A stretch of 64,000 bases of DNA from Leucobacter soli (lineage in GTDB: Bacteria; Actinomycetota; Actinomycetes; Actinomycetales; Microbacteriaceae): positions 19,181-83,180 of the forward strand of contig JBEBWI010000001.1 in NCBI GenBank assembly GCA_040392345.1. The letters run 5' to 3'. Positions 19,293-29,138 of this stretch are shown here, in pieces (the stretch's first letter is position 1; each line of letters opens with the position of its first letter). Both the position numbers and the translations under genes were made by a program. The notes below the pieces were generated by a model that saw only the letters and a program-made list of their open reading frames with translations, was not told the origin of the DNA and did no database searches.

Positions 19293-20078
19293 ATGACGAT
19301 GACGCAACCGACCGCCGCCGAGCTCTTCTCGCTCGACGGAACCGTGGCTCTCGTGACCGGGGCGACCTCGGGTCTGGGTTTGGCGAGCGCCGAGCTCTTG
19401 GCCTCGGCCGGTGCGCGAACGGTGCTCAGCGGGCTCGCGGGCGAACGACCGGCCGAGGTCGCCGCGACGATCGCGGCACGCGGGCTGCCGATCGAGGGAG
19501 CCGTCTGCGACGTGACGTCGCTCGAAGAGCTGACGAGCCTCGTCGAGACCACGTTGGACCGATACGGCCGCATCGATACCGTCTTCTGCAACGCCGGCGC
19601 GGCGCTCGACACCGGCCCGCACACGACCAGCACCGACGAGCAGCTCGACCGGATGATCGATATCCACGTGCGCAGCGTGATCCGCCTCGCGAATCTCACG
19701 ATCCCGCAGATGGCGCAGCGCGGCAGCGGCTCGTTCATCATCATGTCGAGCCTGTCGGGAGTGCGCGGCAACTCGCACATCGGCCTGTACGGTGTCACCA
19801 AGGCGGCGAACGCTCAGCTCGCGCGCAACCTCGCCGTGCAGTGGGGGGCGACCGGTGTGCGGGTCAACGCCATCTCCCCGGGTGTGATCGCGACCGAGTT
19901 CGCGAAACCGATCACCGAGGGCGCCGGCCGCGACGAGCGTCTGCGCAAGACCCCGATGCGCAGGTTCGGCGAACCGTCGCACGTCGCCGGCACGGTGCTC
20001 TATCTCGCTTCCGCAGCCGGGGGGTTCACCACCGGTCAGAACCTCATCGTCGACGGCGGAACCGTGGTGAGCGACTGA
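19293..20078 (+). CDS. SDR oxidoreductase
   Basis: TGATSGLG, NAG, YGVTK. Confidence 0.9.
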   Translation: MTMTQPTAAELFSLDGTVALVTGATSGLGLASAELLASAGARTVLSGLAGERPAEVAATIAARGLPIEGAVCDVTSLEELTSLVETTLDRYGRIDTVFCNAGAALDTGPHTTSTDEQLDRMIDIHVRSVIRLANLTIPQMAQRGSGSFIIMSSLSGVRGNSHIGLYGVTKAANAQLARNLAVQWGATGVRVNAISPGVIATEFAKPITEGAGRDERLRKTPMRRFGEPSHVAGTVLYLASAAGGFTTGQNLIVDGGTVVSD

Positions 20079-20137
20079 CAGTGGATCGCGTCCCCGCACA
20101 GGGGCTCGCGCTCATGCGGCGCCTTCGCACGTCGATC

Positions 20138-21088
20138 TCAGGCGTCGGCGCCCTCCGAGTCGACTCCCTCAGCGTCGGCGGTCTCGAACTCGACGCGCTC
20201 CGCGGTCTTGCGCAGAATGCCGACCAGCCAGCGCAGCGCCGGGTCATCGTTCTTCGACGGGTGCCAGTGCACCGCTTCCACCAGCGTGCGATGACTCAGC
20301 GGCGTCTTCGCGACCGTGAGCCCGAGACGGGCCGAGAAGATCTCCGCGACGCGGGCCGGCACGAAGCCGTACATCTCCGTTCCCTCGATCATGTACGGAA
20401 CGGGCAGGAAGCCGGGCACCTGCATCGCGACGCGCGGAGTCACCCCCGCTTCCACGAGCGCGTCGTTCGCCACCATGATGACGTCTTCGGAGAAGGTGAC
20501 GTCGATGTAGGGCATCGCGGCGAGGTCTTCGAGCGTGAACTCGCCGTCCTTCAATCGGGGGTGGTCGGCGCTCACCAGGCAGACGAAGGTATCGGAGAAC
20601 AGCGACTGGCGCTTCCCCGGCACCCCGCGGTTCGCCGATGCGACCACGACGTCTTTGCGCAGCAGATCGACCGGATCGACCTCGACCAGCGAGTCGAATT
20701 CCACCGAGGCGTTCGGCGCCTCCTCGGCGAGCACCCGCAGCAGCGGCGCCGTCATCACCGAGAGCGCGTAATCCGATGCGGCGATGCGGAACTGCCGATC
20801 GCTGGTGAGCGGATCGAACATGGGCCTCAGATTGAAGGTGCGGCCCACCTGGTTCACGGCTTCGCGAACGAACGGCTGAAGCTTTCTCGCGCGCTCGGTC
20901 AGTTCGAAGCTGCGGCCGGACCGTACGAGCAGGGGGTCGCCGATGATCGTGCGCAGCTTGGCGACCGAGCTGCTGACCGCGGGCTGGGTCATGCCGATCG
21001 CCTCGCCCGCCCGAGTGAGGTTGCGCTCTTCGAGCACAGCGTCGAGCACCACGATGAGGTTGATGTCGATGCCCCGTAGTTCGTCCAT
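20138..21088 (-). CDS. LysR regulator (NodD-like; type B, unpaired)
   Basis: IDINLIVVLDAVLEERNLTRAG HTH; C-terminal WHPSKNDDPALRWL. Confidence 0.92.
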   Translation of the reverse strand: MDELRGIDINLIVVLDAVLEERNLTRAGEAIGMTQPAVSSSVAKLRTIIGDPLLVRSGRSFELTERARKLQPFVREAVNQVGRTFNLRPMFDPLTSDRQFRIAASDYALSVMTAPLLRVLAEEAPNASVEFDSLVEVDPVDLLRKDVVVASANRGVPGKRQSLFSDTFVCLVSADHPRLKDGEFTLEDLAAMPYIDVTFSEDVIMVANDALVEAGVTPRVAMQVPGFLPVPYMIEGTEMYGFVPARVAEIFSARLGLTVAKTPLSHRTLVEAVHWHPSKNDDPALRWLVGILRKTAERVEFETADAEGVDSEGADA

Positions 21089-21162
21089 ACTGGCGATCCC
21101 GCTTCCCTGCGTATCGTCTCCAGCATAGCCGGGCTCCGGGGCCTGGCTCGGGCGGGCAGGGA

Positions 21163-22131
21163 TCACAGGCGGTCGGGCCCGTAGGTGCGGCGGGCGGGCG
21201 GCGCGGTATGGCCCGGGCTCGCCTGCTCCACGATGCGGTTCTCGATCGTGCCGAGCCCTTGAACCGTCATCGTGACGACATCGCCGACCTGCAGGGGCGG
21301 GATCACGAGCTCGCCGCCGGCGCGCGCCCAGCGCTCGGACAGAGCGCCCTGCGAGGCGGTGCCGGTCGCGAGCACGTCGCCCGCACCGACCCATGCGTCG
21401 CGCGAGGCGTGCACGAGCATCTCTTCGAACGACCACGACATGTTGCGCAGGTTGTCGGTGCCGACGACCTCGCCATTGATCGCGACCGACATGTCGAGCG
21501 CGTACCGATCGCCTTCCCGGTACTGCTCGAGCTCGTCGGGGGTCGTGATCCACGGCCCGAGCGTGTTCGCGAAGTCCTTGCCCTTCGAGGGCCCGAGACC
21601 GACGCTCATCTCGCGCCCCTGAACGTCTCGTGCGCTCCAGTCGTTGAGCAGGCAGAAGCCGGCGATGTGCTCGTGGGCCTCTTCGATGGGCACGTCGCGC
21701 ACGGTGTGCTTGACGATCATTGCGACTTCGAGCTCGAAGTCGAGCTTCTGCGTGAACGGCGGCATGGGTATGTCGGCGCCGCTCGGCACCACCGACCACG
21801 GGTTCATGAACAGGAACTGGGGGGCCTCGTACCATGCGGGCGGCACGCTGCCGTCGCCTCCCTCGGTCTTCTTCATGCCCGCGATGTGCGCTTCGAACAC
21901 GAGGAAGTCGCGCATCGCGCGGGGCTGCACCGGCACGGCGAGCCGTGCATTCTCGATCGGCAGCTTCTGCATGCGCCCGGCGCGCAGGTCGAGATCGCGA
22001 CGCACCTGCTCGTCGGCGTTCAACAGGTCGAGGATCTCGGGATCGCCCGGAATGTCTTGCAGCCTGCCGTGCTGCACCCGCCCGGTGTGGACGATGCCGT
22101 TCGACTCGACGTAGCGCGCGTACTGCGCCAT
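21163..22131 (-). CDS. Fumarylacetoacetate hydrolase family protein
   Basis: LDFELE, NDWSARD, KGKDF, GDVLATGT. Confidence 0.92.
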   Translation of the reverse strand: MAQYARYVESNGIVHTGRVQHGRLQDIPGDPEILDLLNADEQVRRDLDLRAGRMQKLPIENARLAVPVQPRAMRDFLVFEAHIAGMKKTEGGDGSVPPAWYEAPQFLFMNPWSVVPSGADIPMPPFTQKLDFELEVAMIVKHTVRDVPIEEAHEHIAGFCLLNDWSARDVQGREMSVGLGPSKGKDFANTLGPWITTPDELEQYREGDRYALDMSVAINGEVVGTDNLRNMSWSFEEMLVHASRDAWVGAGDVLATGTASQGALSERWARAGGELVIPPLQVGDVVTMTVQGLGTIENRIVEQASPGHTAPPARRTYGPDRL

Positions 22132-22132
22132 C

Positions 22133-22426
22133 TTAGAAGTCCAGGGTCTCGTAGAAGTCGCGCTGACGGGTCTCGAGCGCCGGGATCGCCTGGCCGAGCG
22201 CCCACTGCTCGAAGTGCGGGTAGGTGCCGTGCTTCTTGAACGCGTCTTCGTCGGTGTAGACCTCGAAGATGCGGAACACGTTCGGTTCCTCGGGGCTCTG
22301 GTAGGCCTGGTAGTAGAGGTTTCCGGGCTCCTCGCGCGAGGCGGGCGAGAGCTTCTCGAGGGCCGCGCGAACGGTCTCCTCCTCACCGGCGTTGGCGATC
22401 CAGGTGGCGCTGCAAACGAAAGCCAT
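22133..22426 (-). CDS. ABM/putative quinol monooxygenase
   Basis: SREEPGNLYY, FRIFEVY, H..YPHF. Confidence 0.85.
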   Translation of the reverse strand: MAFVCSATWIANAGEEETVRAALEKLSPASREEPGNLYYQAYQSPEEPNVFRIFEVYTDEDAFKKHGTYPHFEQWALGQAIPALETRQRDFYETLDF

Positions 22427-22544
22427 TTCGGGTTCCTTTCTCTGACTTCTTCGTCGGGTTGTTCCCGGCATCTCACACGCTACGACCGTAGCCGGGTTCC
22501 GACTACCGACCGGGAGCGATGGTTCCTATCGCCGCGATCGCCGG

Positions 22545-23522
22545 TCAGCGGCTGCGGGCGCGCGAGCGCGCACGCGCAGGCGGAATCTCCGGCACCTCCA
22601 CCGTCGCACCGACGGCGCCGCTCAGCTCGCCGATGCGTTCGATGCGAAGCGTCACCGTGTCGCCCTCGCGCAGCGGCGCGGGTGTGCGCGAGCCGTTGCG
22701 GCCCCAGAGCTCTCCGAGGCAGCCGCCGTTGCCGGCCGTTCCCGACCCGAGCACGTCTCCGGGCACGACCCGCGAGTTCCGCGATGCGTACGCGACGAGT
22801 TCGCCGAACGGCCAGCCCATGTTCGAGAAGAGGTCGTGGCCGACCCGTTCTCCGTTGATCAGAGCTTCGAGCTCGAGCGGCAGGAACCCCTCTTCGTCGA
22901 CGAGGTCGTCGAACTCGTCTGCCGTGACGATCCAGGGGCCGAGCGTGGTGCCGAAATCCTTCCCCTTGGCCGGGCCGAGACGCACCTGCATCTCGCGCGA
23001 CTGCACGTCGCGCGCAGACCAGTCGTTCATGATGGTGTACCCGAAGATCGCCGCGGCGCCCTCGGCAGGGGTGAGGTTCGCTCCGTCGCGCGGTACGGCG
23101 CCGATGACCGCGGCGACCTCGAGCTCGAAGTCGAGCGCCTCGGTCTGAGGCGGCGTGACGCTGTCGCCGGGACCGAGCACTGAATGAGGATTCGTGAAGT
23201 AGAAGGTCGGGTACTGATACCAGGCCTCCGGCACTCCGCCCTTGCCGTCGACCGACACGGCGACCCCCTCGACGTGCTCCTCGAAGGCGACGAAGTCCCG
23301 AATCGAAGCCGGTACGAGCGGGGCGAGCAGCCGCACCGCCTCGACGGAGGGCGCTTCCCCTTCCGAGGAGGCGATGACGCGCCCGCCGAGCGCGAGTGCC
23401 GCATCCAGCCCTGAGGCCAGCAGCGATGCGACCGTGATGCCCTCGGGAAAGGCGACGACCCTGCCGTCGTGCACGAGCCCCTCGTGCACGACGCCGCGGT
23501 GCTCCCAGCGTGCGATACGCAT
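22545..23522 (-). CDS. Fumarylacetoacetate hydrolase family protein
   Basis: LDFELE, NDWSARD, KGKDF, GDVLGSGT. Confidence 0.92.
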   Translation of the reverse strand: MRIARWEHRGVVHEGLVHDGRVVAFPEGITVASLLASGLDAALALGGRVIASSEGEAPSVEAVRLLAPLVPASIRDFVAFEEHVEGVAVSVDGKGGVPEAWYQYPTFYFTNPHSVLGPGDSVTPPQTEALDFELEVAAVIGAVPRDGANLTPAEGAAAIFGYTIMNDWSARDVQSREMQVRLGPAKGKDFGTTLGPWIVTADEFDDLVDEEGFLPLELEALINGERVGHDLFSNMGWPFGELVAYASRNSRVVPGDVLGSGTAGNGGCLGELWGRNGSRTPAPLREGDTVTLRIERIGELSGAVGATVEVPEIPPARARSRARSR

Positions 23523-23530
23523 ATCTCCGC

Positions 23531-24298
23531 CTACTCCTCGATCAGGGCGACGGCGCGGGTCCATCCGGCCGAGGCGCCGCGCACCTTGGCCGGGAAGCAT
23601 GCGACGGTGAAGCCGGAATCCGGCAGAGCATCGAGGCCCTGCAGCTTCTCGATCTGGCAGTAGCCGACATCGGCACCGGCCTTGTGCCCCTCCCACACGA
23701 TCGACGGATCGCCGGTCTCCTCGAAGAGCTGCCGGTTGATGCTGACCGGCAGGTCCCAGCCCCACGCGTCGGTACCGACGACTCTGACGCCCTTGCCGGT
23801 CAGGTGCAGGGTCGCCTCGCGGCCGAAGCCGATGCCGGTGTCGATGTAATCGTCGCGCCCGTAGGCGGCCGAGGCGACGGTGTGCATGAGCACGATGTCG
23901 AAGGGCTGCAGCTCGTAGCCGATCTTCTCCAGCGCCTCATCGATGTCGGCGGGCGTGACCAGGTGACCGTTCGGCAGGTGCCGCAGATCGAGTTTCACCC
24001 CGGGCCTGAAGAACCAGTCGAGCGGCACCTCGTCGATCGTCCAGGCGCGCTCGCCGCCGTTCATGGTGGGGTGGTAGTGCCACGGCGCATCCACATGCGT
24101 GCCCGCGTGCGTCGTGATCGTGACGGTTTCGGCCGCGAGCCCCTGGCCATCGGGCAACTGCTCGGGCTCGATCCCGTACATCGCGTACATATCTTTCAGC
24201 CCGCCGATGTGATCCTTGTACTCGATCTTCGGCCGCAAGAACGGGGGATCGACGGGGATGACATCGTCGAGTGGCATCGAGAGGTCGATGAATCGCAT
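23531..24298 (-). CDS. Cyclase family metal-dependent hydrolase (KynB/isatin hydrolase fold)
   Basis: HAGTHVDAPWH motif; GTDAWGWD. Confidence 0.9.
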   Translation of the reverse strand: MRFIDLSMPLDDVIPVDPPFLRPKIEYKDHIGGLKDMYAMYGIEPEQLPDGQGLAAETVTITTHAGTHVDAPWHYHPTMNGGERAWTIDEVPLDWFFRPGVKLDLRHLPNGHLVTPADIDEALEKIGYELQPFDIVLMHTVASAAYGRDDYIDTGIGFGREATLHLTGKGVRVVGTDAWGWDLPVSINRQLFEETGDPSIVWEGHKAGADVGYCQIEKLQGLDALPDSGFTVACFPAKVRGASAGWTRAVALIEE

Positions 24299-24321
24299 AG
24301 GGGCTCCTTCGCTCGGTGCCT

Positions 24322-25602
24322 CTATCCTTCGCGTTCGGCGGCGGCGGCGACACCCGCTCCCGCAGATGCATGCCATCTGCCGTTCAGAGATCTGGCGGCG
24401 TACGCGAGGGCGATCCACGAACCGACCACGGTCGCGGTCACCACGAACGCGTAGGGGCCGGCACTGCGATCGCCCGCCACGCCGACGAGCGGTGCCGCAA
24501 TACCGGCGAACACGAACTGCAGGGCCCCCATCACCGCGAGCGCCGTCCCGGCGAGGTGCCCGAGCTCGAGCAGAGCGAGCGAGGTGGCGGCGCCGAAGAC
24601 GAATCCCATGCTGCCGCCGACGAGCAGCATCGAGGCGATCATGGTGAACGCGTTCACCGCGTCTGCCGCGACCGCGTAGAGCGCTACGAGGGCGCCGAGT
24701 GAGGCGATGGTCAGGCCGATCGAGATGAGCCTCGTGGGCTCGACCCTGAGAGCGAGTTTCGCAGCGATCGCGCTCGCGATCATCAGGCCGACGCCATCGG
24801 CCGCGAGCACGAGCGAGAACATGGCGGGGCTGAACCCCAGCATCGTCTGCAGGATGAACGGCGACGCCGAGACGTAGGCGAACACCGAAGCGAACCCCAA
24901 GCCGGCGATGAGGGAGGAGGCGACGAAGAGGCGGGAGCGGATCACCGCGGCGAGGCTGCCGACGAAGCTGCGCACCGAGGTCGCCGCGCGCCTCTCGGGC
25001 GGCAGCGTCTCGGGCAGGCCGAAGAGCGTCAGCGCGAGCGTGACCAGCGCGAGCAGCGCGAATGCCCAGAAGATCGACCGCCACCCGGTGAAGGTCAGCA
25101 GTTGCGCGCCGCCGACGGCGGCGACGATCGGTGCGACGCCGACGACCGCGCCCCACAGCGAGTACGCGCGCGTGAGCGGGCCACCGCTCAGCCGGTCGGA
25201 GAGCACCGCCCGCCCGAGGGCGAGGCCCGCGGCGCTCGTCAGCCCGAGCAGGCCGCACGCGAGGATGAGCACAGGAAGCGAGGTCGAGACCGCGCCCAGA
25301 ACAGAGGCGAGCACCATGCCGACCCCGCCCGCGAGCAGCAGACCGCGTCGCCCCCGCGCGTCGGAGAGCGTGCCGAGCAGCAGCTGGCCGATCGCGACGC
25401 CGAACGTCGCCGCCGTGATGGTCAGCTGCACCCGGTCGGCACCGGCTCCGAACTCGGCGGCGAGCGCCGGCAGTGCCGGCAGCATCCCGTCGCTCGTGAA
25501 CGGCCCCATCAGCGTGAGCGCGAGCACCGCGGCGATCATGCCTCCCGGCAGCGCGGCGTTCATCGCCGACGCGCTCGGCGCGCTCAGGCGTTTCGGCGAC
25601 AT
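24322..25602 (-). CDS. Bcr/CflA-type MFS transporter
   Basis: DGMLPALP, GTLSDARGRR, LPETLP. Confidence 0.88.
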   Translation of the reverse strand: MSPKRLSAPSASAMNAALPGGMIAAVLALTLMGPFTSDGMLPALPALAAEFGAGADRVQLTITAATFGVAIGQLLLGTLSDARGRRGLLLAGGVGMVLASVLGAVSTSLPVLILACGLLGLTSAAGLALGRAVLSDRLSGGPLTRAYSLWGAVVGVAPIVAAVGGAQLLTFTGWRSIFWAFALLALVTLALTLFGLPETLPPERRAATSVRSFVGSLAAVIRSRLFVASSLIAGLGFASVFAYVSASPFILQTMLGFSPAMFSLVLAADGVGLMIASAIAAKLALRVEPTRLISIGLTIASLGALVALYAVAADAVNAFTMIASMLLVGGSMGFVFGAATSLALLELGHLAGTALAVMGALQFVFAGIAAPLVGVAGDRSAGPYAFVVTATVVGSWIALAYAARSLNGRWHASAGAGVAAAAEREG

Positions 25603-25661
25603 GAGTCAACTTCCTCTTTTTCTTCTGCGGGCCCGCAACCGGGTGCTTCGCAGAGCTGTGG

Positions 25662-26426
25662 CTAGCCGAGCACCGAGCCGCCGCCGTCGACGACCAGGTT
25701 GACGCCCGTGATCCACGACGCTTCCTCCGATGCGAGGAACAGCGCGGCGTTCACGATGTCGTCGGGGCGCCCGACACGGCGCATGGGGATGCGATCCCAG
25801 GTCTCTTTGAGCGGCTGCGGCGGGTCGTTGACGAGGAACGCGGTCGCCTCGGTCTCGATGAAGCCCGGGGAGATGCACACCGCGCGGATGCCGAACGGGC
25901 CGCCCTCGACGGCGAGCTGCTGCGTGAGATTGATCACACCGCCCTTGGCGGTGCCGTGCACGTTCTGCGGAATGAACTCGACGCCGCGAATGCCGGCGAT
26001 CGAACCGATGTTGATGATCGTGCCGCGGGAGGCCTTCAGGTGGGGCCAGGCGTAGTGCACGGCGTAGAAGACGAGATTGAGCTCGAGGTTGATGTTCTTC
26101 TGCCAATCCTCGATCGGAAGCTCATCGATCGTGCGGAACGGAGCCTGCCAGCCCGCATTGTTGTAGAGCACGTCGATCGCGCCGTAGGTCAGGACGGCGT
26201 CGTCGATCCACTGCGATACCTGCTGCGGGTCGCCTGCGTCGACCGTGAAGCCGGTGATCTCGCCGCCCTCGGCCCTGATCTCTGCCACCACCCCGTCGAG
26301 CGCGGCGGCGTTCAGGTCGCACCCGACGACCTTCGCGCCCTCTTCCGCGAATCGCTTCGCAGCCTGCTTGCCCATGCCCGCGCCGATGCCGCTGATGAGC
26401 ACGACCTTGCCGTCATAACGTCCCAT
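25662..26426 (-). CDS. SDR oxidoreductase (His at the usual catalytic Tyr position)
   Basis: GIGAGMG, NNAG, HGTAK in place of YxxxK. Confidence 0.88.
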   Translation of the reverse strand: MGRYDGKVVLISGIGAGMGKQAAKRFAEEGAKVVGCDLNAAALDGVVAEIRAEGGEITGFTVDAGDPQQVSQWIDDAVLTYGAIDVLYNNAGWQAPFRTIDELPIEDWQKNINLELNLVFYAVHYAWPHLKASRGTIINIGSIAGIRGVEFIPQNVHGTAKGGVINLTQQLAVEGGPFGIRAVCISPGFIETEATAFLVNDPPQPLKETWDRIPMRRVGRPDDIVNAALFLASEEASWITGVNLVVDGGGSVLG

Positions 26427-26536
26427 GATTCTCCTCCTCGAGTGCTTCCATCGTGCCGGGTGACGGCGCTCCCGCGCTGTCACTATTTCTCATGCGTGGT
26501 ATTCGAAACACCGGTTGACCGGCGTCGCGGCACGGG

Positions 26537-27562
26537 TCAAGCCGGGTCTTCGGCGAGGCTCCAGGGCGAGCGGGCGCCGGTCGCCGTGAGGCAGTTGAAC
26601 ATCTGCAGCCCCTGCAGCATGCCCGAGTGCAGGCGAAGCACCTGCGTCGAGACGCAGGTGGCGGGCATCTCGCGGATCACGCTCTTGCCGCTTCGCCAGT
26701 CGCCGACGAGGGTGCGATGGTGCTGGTCGATCATCTCACGCGGCACGAAGCACGACTCGTTCGCATCCCGCACCACATAGGGCGAGGTGAACCCGGGCAC
26801 GAGGCCCGTCACCACCACGATGCCCTGCGCCTCGTCGATCGCCACGATGCGCGCGTGGGGATCCTTGGGGCGCACCGGCATGAGCCCCGCCTTCATCGAC
26901 GCCTTCGGGCGATCGGGGCCGCCGCGCAGCTGACCCGTCATCAGCAGGTCGAGATAATCGGGATCCTCGAACACGACTCCGCCGAGTTCCATGAGCAGGC
27001 AGTCGTCGGAGGGCTCAGGGCCGCTGAGCGAATCGTTGAAGACCGCGCGACCGAGATGCTCCAGCTCTTCGCGGCTGGCTCGTCCGCTCTCGGGAATCTC
27101 GCTGGTCCACCCGGCCGGGTACTCGCCGATCTCCTCGGCGAGCATGACGAAGCCGCCCTCCGCCCGCGCTCGCACATGGTAGAGCTCGGCCTCGGCCACT
27201 CGCTCATTCTCGATCTTCAGCCGCGCCCAGAACGTCACCGGCTGCCCGCCCTCGTCGAGGTTCGCGGTCACCACGATCTGCCCGAGCACCGGGTCTTCGA
27301 TGTACTGCCCGACGCGATTGATGCCCGTCACGAGGCGCCAGCTCGGCAGCATGTTCGGCGCGCCGGGCACCGAGTTCGTCGTCACGGCGTATTGATCCGC
27401 CCACGGGACGAGGCTCGGGTCGGATTCGACCATGGATTTCAGCAGCACATCTGCGAACTGACGCATCGCAGGATCCTCTCTCTGAGATGCCGCACCCTCT
27501 TCGGTGCTCCCGGCATCGACCTCATGCAAGGCTCGTGCATGCGGATCAAAAAGTCGAATCAT
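26537..27562 (-). CDS. Hypothetical protein, divergent from tetR
   Basis: 341-aa ORF filling the gap, protein-like composition, no recognised motif. Confidence 0.7.
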   Translation of the reverse strand: MIRLFDPHARALHEVDAGSTEEGAASQREDPAMRQFADVLLKSMVESDPSLVPWADQYAVTTNSVPGAPNMLPSWRLVTGINRVGQYIEDPVLGQIVVTANLDEGGQPVTFWARLKIENERVAEAELYHVRARAEGGFVMLAEEIGEYPAGWTSEIPESGRASREELEHLGRAVFNDSLSGPEPSDDCLLMELGGVVFEDPDYLDLLMTGQLRGGPDRPKASMKAGLMPVRPKDPHARIVAIDEAQGIVVVTGLVPGFTSPYVVRDANESCFVPREMIDQHHRTLVGDWRSGKSVIREMPATCVSTQVLRLHSGMLQGLQMFNCLTATGARSPWSLAEDPA

Positions 27563-27574
27563 AATTCTGATTCT
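27557..27574. promoter_or_regulatory. Candidate TetR operator AATCATAATTCTGATTCT
   Basis: GAATC-N8-GATTC dyad in an AT-rich divergent spacer; 16/18 match at 33514-33531. Confidence 0.6.
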
Positions 27575-27632
27575 TTATATTCGATACACTGATGGTCCAG
27601 ACGGCTGCGAGACGGAGAAGGTCTGACAGACT

Positions 27633-28295
27633 GTGAATGTGTCAACTGCGCAGACGGGGTTCACCCCTCCCACACAGGCGCGTTCGCGGCGAACGCTCGA
27701 GCGCATACTGAGCGCGGGTGCCGATGTGCTCCGCACCCGGGGCGCCGAAGGCTTCTCGATCGCCGAGGTGTGCCAGCGCGCCCAGGTTTCGTCGGGCGCC
27801 CTCTACTCGCGGTTCGACGGCAAGGACTCGCTGCTGCTCGCGATCCACTCGCACACGCTCGAGCAGATCAACCGCGAGGTCATCGAGATGTACCAGCCCG
27901 GCCCCCGATGGGACGGGCTGTCTCCCGAGGCGACCATCGACCTCGCCGTGCACCTCCTCGTCGAGCACTACATGGAGCACGCAGACATACTCGGCGTATT
28001 CGTGCTCATGACGGCGACCGACCGCAGACTTCGCCTCAACACCCAGGAGGCCGCGGAGAAGATGGTCTCGAGCTTTCGCGACCGGCTTCTCGTGCACGCC
28101 GACGCGTTTCCCCACCCCGACCCGTCGACGGCGATCGATGCCGTGTTCGCGCTCTCCTTCGAGTCGCTGGCCCACCACGTGGCGTTCGGTCGCGAGTTCT
28201 GGAACCACGACGCGCACCCTATGGCGGAGACGGCGCACATTCTCCCCCGTCTCGCCCGCCTGCACCTCCTCACGCCGCCCGACAACGCGAGCTGA
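27633..28295 (+). CDS. TetR-family regulator
   Basis: QARSRRTLERIL; FSIAEVCQRAQVSSGALYSRF. Confidence 0.92.
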   Translation: MNVSTAQTGFTPPTQARSRRTLERILSAGADVLRTRGAEGFSIAEVCQRAQVSSGALYSRFDGKDSLLLAIHSHTLEQINREVIEMYQPGPRWDGLSPEATIDLAVHLLVEHYMEHADILGVFVLMTATDRRLRLNTQEAAEKMVSSFRDRLLVHADAFPHPDPSTAIDAVFALSFESLAHHVAFGREFWNHDAHPMAETAHILPRLARLHLLTPPDNAS

Positions 28296-28301
28296 GAAGG
28301 C

Positions 28302-29138
28302 TCAGGCGGCATCGAGCCGAGCCGCGCGTCGGGCCCGCTGCACCGCCGGATCGGGCACCGGGGCCGCGTCGAGCAACGCCTGGGTGTAAGGATCAGTCGG
28401 TCGGGATGTCACAGCGGCGCCCTCGCCGAACTCGACCATCTCACCCCGACGAAGCACCGCGACCCGGTGGCACAGGCGGCGCACCACCGAGAGGTCGTGC
28501 GAGATGAACAGGTACGCCACCCCGGTCTCGGCCTGCAGTTCGAGCAGGAGATCGATGATGTGCGATTGCGTGGTCAGGTCGAGCGCGGACAGCGCCTCAT
28601 CGCAGATGATCAGGCGCGGTCGCCGAATGATCGCCCTCGCGATCGCGACGCGCTGCCGCTGCCCGCCGGAGAACTCGTGCGGATACCGGTCGATCGCATC
28701 TGCCGGCAAATGCACGCGCTCGAGCGCATCGAGCACCTCCGCGCGCGCCTGAGCCGCAGAGTCGCGCGACGCGATGAGCGGCTCCGCCAAGATGTCGCCG
28801 ACCCTGAGCCCGGGGTTCAGAGAGCCGTAGGGGTCTTGAAAGACCACCTGGAGTTCCGAGGCGAGTGCGCGCCGGTCGCGCGTTCGAAGATTCGTGATCT
28901 CACGGCCGCCCAGGCGAATGCTCCCGGAGCTCGGCTCGACGAGCCCCAGAATCGCCCTTCCGAGCGTGGACTTGCCCGAGCCCGATTCCCCGACCAGCCC
29001 GACGGCCTCACCGGCACGAACATCGAGCGACACCCGCTCGAGCGCGGTGAAGCGCTTTCGTCCGGCACGACCGCGGAACTCGACGCGCAGGTCGTGCACC
29101 TCGAGCAGCGGTTCCTTCCTCGATTCGATGTCACGCAT
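28302..29138 (-). CDS. DppF/OppF-type ABC ATPase (module 1)
   Basis: GESGSGKST, FSGGQRQR, ICDE. Confidence 0.92.
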   Translation of the reverse strand: MRDIESRKEPLLEVHDLRVEFRGRAGRKRFTALERVSLDVRAGEAVGLVGESGSGKSTLGRAILGLVEPSSGSIRLGGREITNLRTRDRRALASELQVVFQDPYGSLNPGLRVGDILAEPLIASRDSAAQARAEVLDALERVHLPADAIDRYPHEFSGGQRQRVAIARAIIRRPRLIICDEALSALDLTTQSHIIDLLLELQAETGVAYLFISHDLSVVRRLCHRVAVLRRGEMVEFGEGAAVTSRPTDPYTQALLDAAPVPDPAVQRARRAARLDAA

